A stretch of DNA of 64,000 nucleotides from an uncultured delta proteobacterium (lineage in GTDB: Bacteria; Desulfobacterota; Binatia; Binatales; Binataceae), in NCBI GenBank assembly GCA_963765675.1, contig CAVXXK010000001.1, positions 1,600,001 through 1,664,000 of the forward strand, in the 5' to 3' direction. The notes under the pieces were generated by a model. It was not told the DNA's origin. It ran no database searches and was given only the letters and a program-made list of their open reading frames with translations. This document shows positions 59,782 through 64,000 of the stretch, piece after piece (position 1 is the stretch's first letter; each line of letters starts with the position of its first letter). Position numbers and translations under genes: made by a program.

Positions 59782-61071
59782 CTACTCGGTGACGGTTTCC
59801 ATCACCCGCCCGCTGCCAGTATCGATGATCTGGACCTCGACCGGTCCGCTGACTTTGTAATCTTTTTTCGCGGTATCGATTCCGGACTTGAGGTCGGTCA
59901 TGAACTTCTGCTTGGCGAACGGCGGCATCTGGTCCATCGGAAAATTATCCATCAGGAGCTTGGCTTTGGTATTCGACGACCACTGAATCGAACCCACCTT
60001 CGGTCCCGCGACCGGAAGCCCGCGCACTATCTGCTCGAAGTCGCCCTGAAAAGTCTTGGCGGATTGCGCCGCCGCCTGCGCCGCCGACGACGCCTGCGAT
60101 CCGGCGGTATTCGCGTCGGAAGCTCCGGACGCAACCGGCCCTACGCCGCCGCCCGCGATCTTCGCCATCAGATCTTTCACCTGGCTCTTGGCGTTGTCGT
60201 CGGGCGCGAGGCTGTATGCCTTGGTCAGCGCCGCCTGCGCGTCACCCTGCTTATTCTGCTGCGCGAACGCTACGCCCATATTGTAGTAGGCCTGAAACAT
60301 GTCGGGTTTGATTTTGATCGCGCGCTGATATTGCACCAGCGCCTGGTCAGGATTGCCGGTGTAAAGGTACATTGTGCCGAGATCGGTGCGCACTTCCGGA
60401 TCGTCGGGCTTCTTCTTGAGGAAATGCTCGTATGCGGCGATCGCCTCGTCGTACTTGTTGGTGTCGTAGTCGATATCGCCGATTCCGCGCAGCGCCTGGA
60501 GATTGTCCGGGTCGAGCTTCAGCACGTGACCGTACGCGTCGACGGCCTTCGAGTAATAGGTGTCATCGAACATCGCGGCGCGCATCGAAACGTTGCCCAG
60601 CTCGATCCACGCGGCAGGGTCCTTGGGTTTAGCCTTAGCGTCCTTTTCGAGCTTGTCGATAAAGCTGCGCGCCTCGGTGGGAAGCTGCACGCGTGGATGT
60701 CCTGCCGGGAGCTGATTGGGCGCGTTGTTACCGGCGGTGCCGCCGAGCGAGTTGCTCGCGCTGCCGCTGGGAAGCTGGCCTGCACTGTCGGTTTGCGCGA
60801 TCGGAGCCGACGCGACCTGTTGCTTTACGGCCGCCGGGGTGTGCCACATGATCCACGCGGCGGCGCCGAGTCCGATCACGGTTATCGCGATAAACACCGC
60901 TACGAACGTGACCGTGAGCGGCATCGCCTCTTTCGCTACGGGCATCGCCGATGGCTTGGCGGCCTCTTCGGAGCCGGCTGGCGACGCCGCCGCGCCGAGC
61001 GCGCGGCCGCATTCGACGCAGAACTTCGCGCCCGCCATCAACGGGGCGCCGCAATGCGGACAAAATCTCAT
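59782..61071 (-). CDS. Zinc-ribbon, single-TM, TPR protein
   Basis: FCPHCG..FCVECG, a TM segment, LPAGHP and multiple TPRs. Confidence 0.85.
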   Translation of the reverse strand: MRFCPHCGAPLMAGAKFCVECGRALGAAASPAGSEEAAKPSAMPVAKEAMPLTVTFVAVFIAITVIGLGAAAWIMWHTPAAVKQQVASAPIAQTDSAGQLPSGSASNSLGGTAGNNAPNQLPAGHPRVQLPTEARSFIDKLEKDAKAKPKDPAAWIELGNVSMRAAMFDDTYYSKAVDAYGHVLKLDPDNLQALRGIGDIDYDTNKYDEAIAAYEHFLKKKPDDPEVRTDLGTMYLYTGNPDQALVQYQRAIKIKPDMFQAYYNMGVAFAQQNKQGDAQAALTKAYSLAPDDNAKSQVKDLMAKIAGGGVGPVASGASDANTAGSQASSAAQAAAQSAKTFQGDFEQIVRGLPVAGPKVGSIQWSSNTKAKLLMDNFPMDQMPPFAKQKFMTDLKSGIDTAKKDYKVSGPVEVQIIDTGSGRVMETVTE

Positions 61072-61183
61072 CGTCAAATTCCTACCTGACGCGATCAGGT
61101 ATTAGCAATACGGCTTGGCGCGCCGGGTTTATGCTCGGCGGCGCGATCGGGTATAGTTCGCCCGAAGGCAAGGAGAAACGCGA

Positions 61184-61835
61184 ATGCATCTATATGATTC
61201 CTTCGGTCCCAATCCGCGCGCGACGCGGATGTTTCTTGCGGAAAAGGGCATCAAGCTCGACACTCAAAAATGTCGATCTGATGAAGGCGGAGAATCGCCG
61301 CCCTCCCTACACCGATCGCAACCCCGGCGGCCAACTGCCGGCGCTCGAACTCGACAACGGCCAGTGTATCGGCGAGACCGTTGCGATTTGGGAATACCTC
61401 GAAGAGAAGCATCCGACGCCGGCGCTCATCGGTACCACTGCGGAGGAACGCGCCGAGGCGCGGATGTGGCAGCGGCGCGTCGAGCTCAAGATCACCGAGC
61501 ATCTCTACAACGGGTTCCGCTATTCCGAAGGCGCCGCGTTGTTCAAGGATCGCATGCGGATCCTGCCCGAGGCCGCGCCCGGTCTGAAGCAGGTCTCGCA
61601 GGACGGACTCAAGTGGCTCGACGGTCTGCTGGCGGGACGCGAGTATATCGCGGGCAAGCGCTTCACGATCGCCGACATCATCCTGTACTGCGCGCTCGAT
61701 TTCGGCTCGGGCGTCGGCCAGAAGATCGATCCGTCGCTGGCGAATCTGAATGCATGGTTCAAGCGTGTCGACGCGCGGCCGAGCGCGAAATCGAGCTTGC
61801 ATCCCGCATCCGCGCAAACCGGCATGAAGGGATAA
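61184..61835 (+). pseudogene. Glutathione S-transferase, frameshift near 61265
   Basis: MHLYDSFGPNPRATRMFLAEKGI, then NPGGQLPAL..ETVAI..FTIADI in the next frame. Confidence 0.88.
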
Positions 61836-61857
61836 GGCGCTCGCGATTGAGATTGGT

Positions 61858-62871
61858 ATGCCGCCAACTATCGAGGAGATCTCCGTCCAACTGACGCGCC
61901 TGGTGCGCGCGAAGACGGGCGATTCCGGCGCGGCCGTGCGCGAGATCTCGCCACTGCCGGGCCATGCCGGATTCGGCTACAGCTTCGTGCTCGATCGCAC
62001 CACCTCCGGCGCTCCGGCCGGCAAACTGGTGCTGCGCGTCGCGCCCGAGGGAGTGCGAATCTCCGGTCCTGCCGACGTGATTCGGCAGGCAAAGATAATG
62101 CAGTCGCTGGCCGACACCGACGTCCCAGTGCCGCCGATAATCTGGTACGGCGACGAGGCGGAATTTTTCGGACGGCCGTATTTCGTCGATGGATTCCTCG
62201 ACGGGTTCCGCCTCGCCGACAATCCTCCGATCTCGCGCGCCGAAGCGCTCAGCCTGGCGCACAAAGCGATCGAGAAGCTCGGCGCGCTGCATCGCGTCGA
62301 TTGGCGTCCGCGCCGCGACGCCTGGGGCGACCCGACACCGCTCAGCGACGAGATGAAGCGGCTGGACCATCTGCTCGACCGCCCGACTCTCGATCCCGCC
62401 GTCGTCGCGCGCGGGCCCGAGCTTCGCGCGAAGCTCTATGCGTCGTTGCCGAAAAATCCTCGCGTCGGATGCGTTCACGGCGACTTCCAGTGGTCGAACA
62501 TCATGTTCAACAAGGGTGAGGTCGCCGCACTGATCGATTGGGAGATCGCGCTATGCGGCCCGACCCTGCTCGACGTCGGATGGATCTCGTTCTTCGCCGA
62601 TCCTGCCAGCTTCCATGTGACGAACGACGCGAATCGCACCTCGCCGCTAAGCGCCGACGAGATCTTCACGGTGTACTCGGAGGTGGCGGGAGTTCCGGTC
62701 TCCGCGGATGAAGTCCGATGGTTCCGCGCGTTCGCGGGCTACCGGTTCGGCGTGATCACCTGCTTCAACGTCATGCTGCATCGGCGGGGAAAGCGCGACG
62801 ATCCGCATTGGGAAGAGATAGCGCTCTCTGCGCCCACGATGTTCTCGCACGGGATCGAGCTGCTCGGGTGA
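61858..62871 (+). CDS. APH-family phosphotransferase
   Basis: LVLR, VPVP, HGDF..NI and IDWE motifs. Confidence 0.9.
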   Translation: MPPTIEEISVQLTRLVRAKTGDSGAAVREISPLPGHAGFGYSFVLDRTTSGAPAGKLVLRVAPEGVRISGPADVIRQAKIMQSLADTDVPVPPIIWYGDEAEFFGRPYFVDGFLDGFRLADNPPISRAEALSLAHKAIEKLGALHRVDWRPRRDAWGDPTPLSDEMKRLDHLLDRPTLDPAVVARGPELRAKLYASLPKNPRVGCVHGDFQWSNIMFNKGEVAALIDWEIALCGPTLLDVGWISFFADPASFHVTNDANRTSPLSADEIFTVYSEVAGVPVSADEVRWFRAFAGYRFGVITCFNVMLHRRGKRDDPHWEEIALSAPTMFSHGIELLG

Positions 62872-62902
62872 GAAGTGAACCATCCGAGCGCGAGGTGTGA
62901 CT

Positions 62903-64000
62903 ATGGATGCCGCAGCCAAAACCCGGGCCGAAGCAACCGCCGCGGAACCGAAAGTCGCCGAGCACAAAATCCCGGACGACGATCATCCCGCGCTCAATGC
63001 GATTCTCGGCGCCAACCCGTTCGTCGGTATCGACGCCGCACAGGTCGTCGGCACGCTTGCCCGATTCTTCGGCCATCTTGCGGCGCATCCGGCGGCGGTT
63101 GCCTCGCGCGGGATGCAGCTCGGCCTCGAGATCGCGCAGGTCGCGACCGGGACGTCGGAGATCGAACCGGAAGCCGGCGACAAGCGCTTTGGCGATCCCG
63201 CGTGGCGCGAGCATCCGATCTACCGCCGCGTGATGCAGTCCTATCTGGCGTGGCGCACCGCGATGCACGATCTCGTCGGCGACGACGACTTTGGCGACTG
63301 GAAAGACGCCGAGCAGATGCGCTTCGCCGTGACCCTTATGACCGAGGCGCTCGCGCCGACCAACACGCTGGCGGGTAATCCTGCGGCGCTCAAGCGCGTA
63401 TTCGACACTGCGGGCACGAGTCTCGCGCGCGGGCTCAAAAATTTTGTGAGCGATGTAATTTACAACGGCGCGATGCCCGAGCAGGTGGACAAGCGGCCGT
63501 TCGAGGTCGGCAGGAACCTCGCAGTGACGCCGGGGGCGGTGATATTGCGTACCCCATTGTGCGAAGTAATCCAGTACAAACCTGCTACCGAAAAAGTATT
63601 CGAGCGGCCGCTGGTGCTGATTCCTCCGCAAATCAACAAATACTACATCATGGATCTGGCGCCCGGACGGAGCTTTATCGAATACGCAGTCAAACACGGA
63701 ATCCAGGTATTCACTATCAGTTGGCGCAATCCTACGCCCGCAAATCGCGACTGGGGACTCGACGACTATGTAACCGCGTGCAAGCAGGCAATCGATGCCG
63801 CGTGCGAGATCACCGGCAGCGCCGACGCGAACGTAGTCGCAATCTGCGCCGGCGGAATCACGGCTTCGCTGATGCTGGGGCATCTAGCGGCGGCCGGGCA
63901 AAGCCGCGTGCATGCGGCGACGCTGTTGGTGACGATGCTGGATACGTCGATGCCGTCGATGACCGGGATGTTCGCGACCGAGGACGCGATCAAGTCGGCA
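62903..64000 (+). CDS. phaC: Poly(hydroxyalkanoate) synthase, class II-like, truncated by the window
   Basis: Missing from the ORF track. My translation contains DKRF.DPAW, LAPTN, NLAVTPGAV, PPQINKYYIMDL, SWRNP and AICAGG. Confidence 0.9.
   Translation, partial: MDAAAKTRAEATAAEPKVAEHKIPDDDHPALNAILGANPFVGIDAAQVVGTLARFFGHLAAHPAAVASRGMQLGLEIAQVATGTSEIEPEAGDKRFGDPAWREHPIYRRVMQSYLAWRTAMHDLVGDDDFGDWKDAEQMRFAVTLMTEALAPTNTLAGNPAALKRVFDTAGTSLARGLKNFVSDVIYNGAMPEQVDKRPFEVGRNLAVTPGAVILRTPLCEVIQYKPATEKVFERPLVLIPPQINKYYIMDLAPGRSFIEYAVKHGIQVFTISWRNPTPANRDWGLDDYVTACKQAIDAACEITGSADANVVAICAGGITASLMLGHLAAAGQSRVHAATLLVTMLDTSMPSMTGMFATEDAIKSA

Noticed and set aside
62771-63883. 370-aa minus-strand ORF
   Set aside because: Antisense shadow of phaC.

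Overview
GC-rich bacterial chromosomal window. The gene content and style suggest an uncultured soil lineage such as Ca. Binatota, but this is inference only. Housekeeping genes include ahcY, metK, ptsH, class I lysS, rpoZ, an RpoH-type sigma factor, eutBC, asd, thpR, a TrmJ-like methylase and a truncated phaC. There are two tandem S53 sedolisins, a TMTC-like GT-C/TPR protein and three toxin-antitoxin loci. A canonical SAM-I riboswitch (39599-39714, minus) heads a sulfur-carrier operon (ThiF, ThrC-like, MoaD-like, CysM, NIL). A ~4.7 kb accessory island (DNA MTase-Mrr fusion, IS630 remnant, repeats) separates that operon from a co-oriented ThiF-like, HAD, radical SAM, DASS, cysC, sat block. The most striking unexplained structure is a family of palindrome-ended elements carrying a DUF559 (Vsr-like) nuclease. 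It occurs as an intact copy, a frameshifted copy, an internally deleted copy and a solo end whose hairpin shows compensatory changes, which suggests an undescribed small mobile element. Two further REP-like palindrome families are present. Several single-base frameshifts suggest long-read indel errors. No tRNA, rRNA or CRISPR array was seen. All assignments come from motif recognition; no searches were run.
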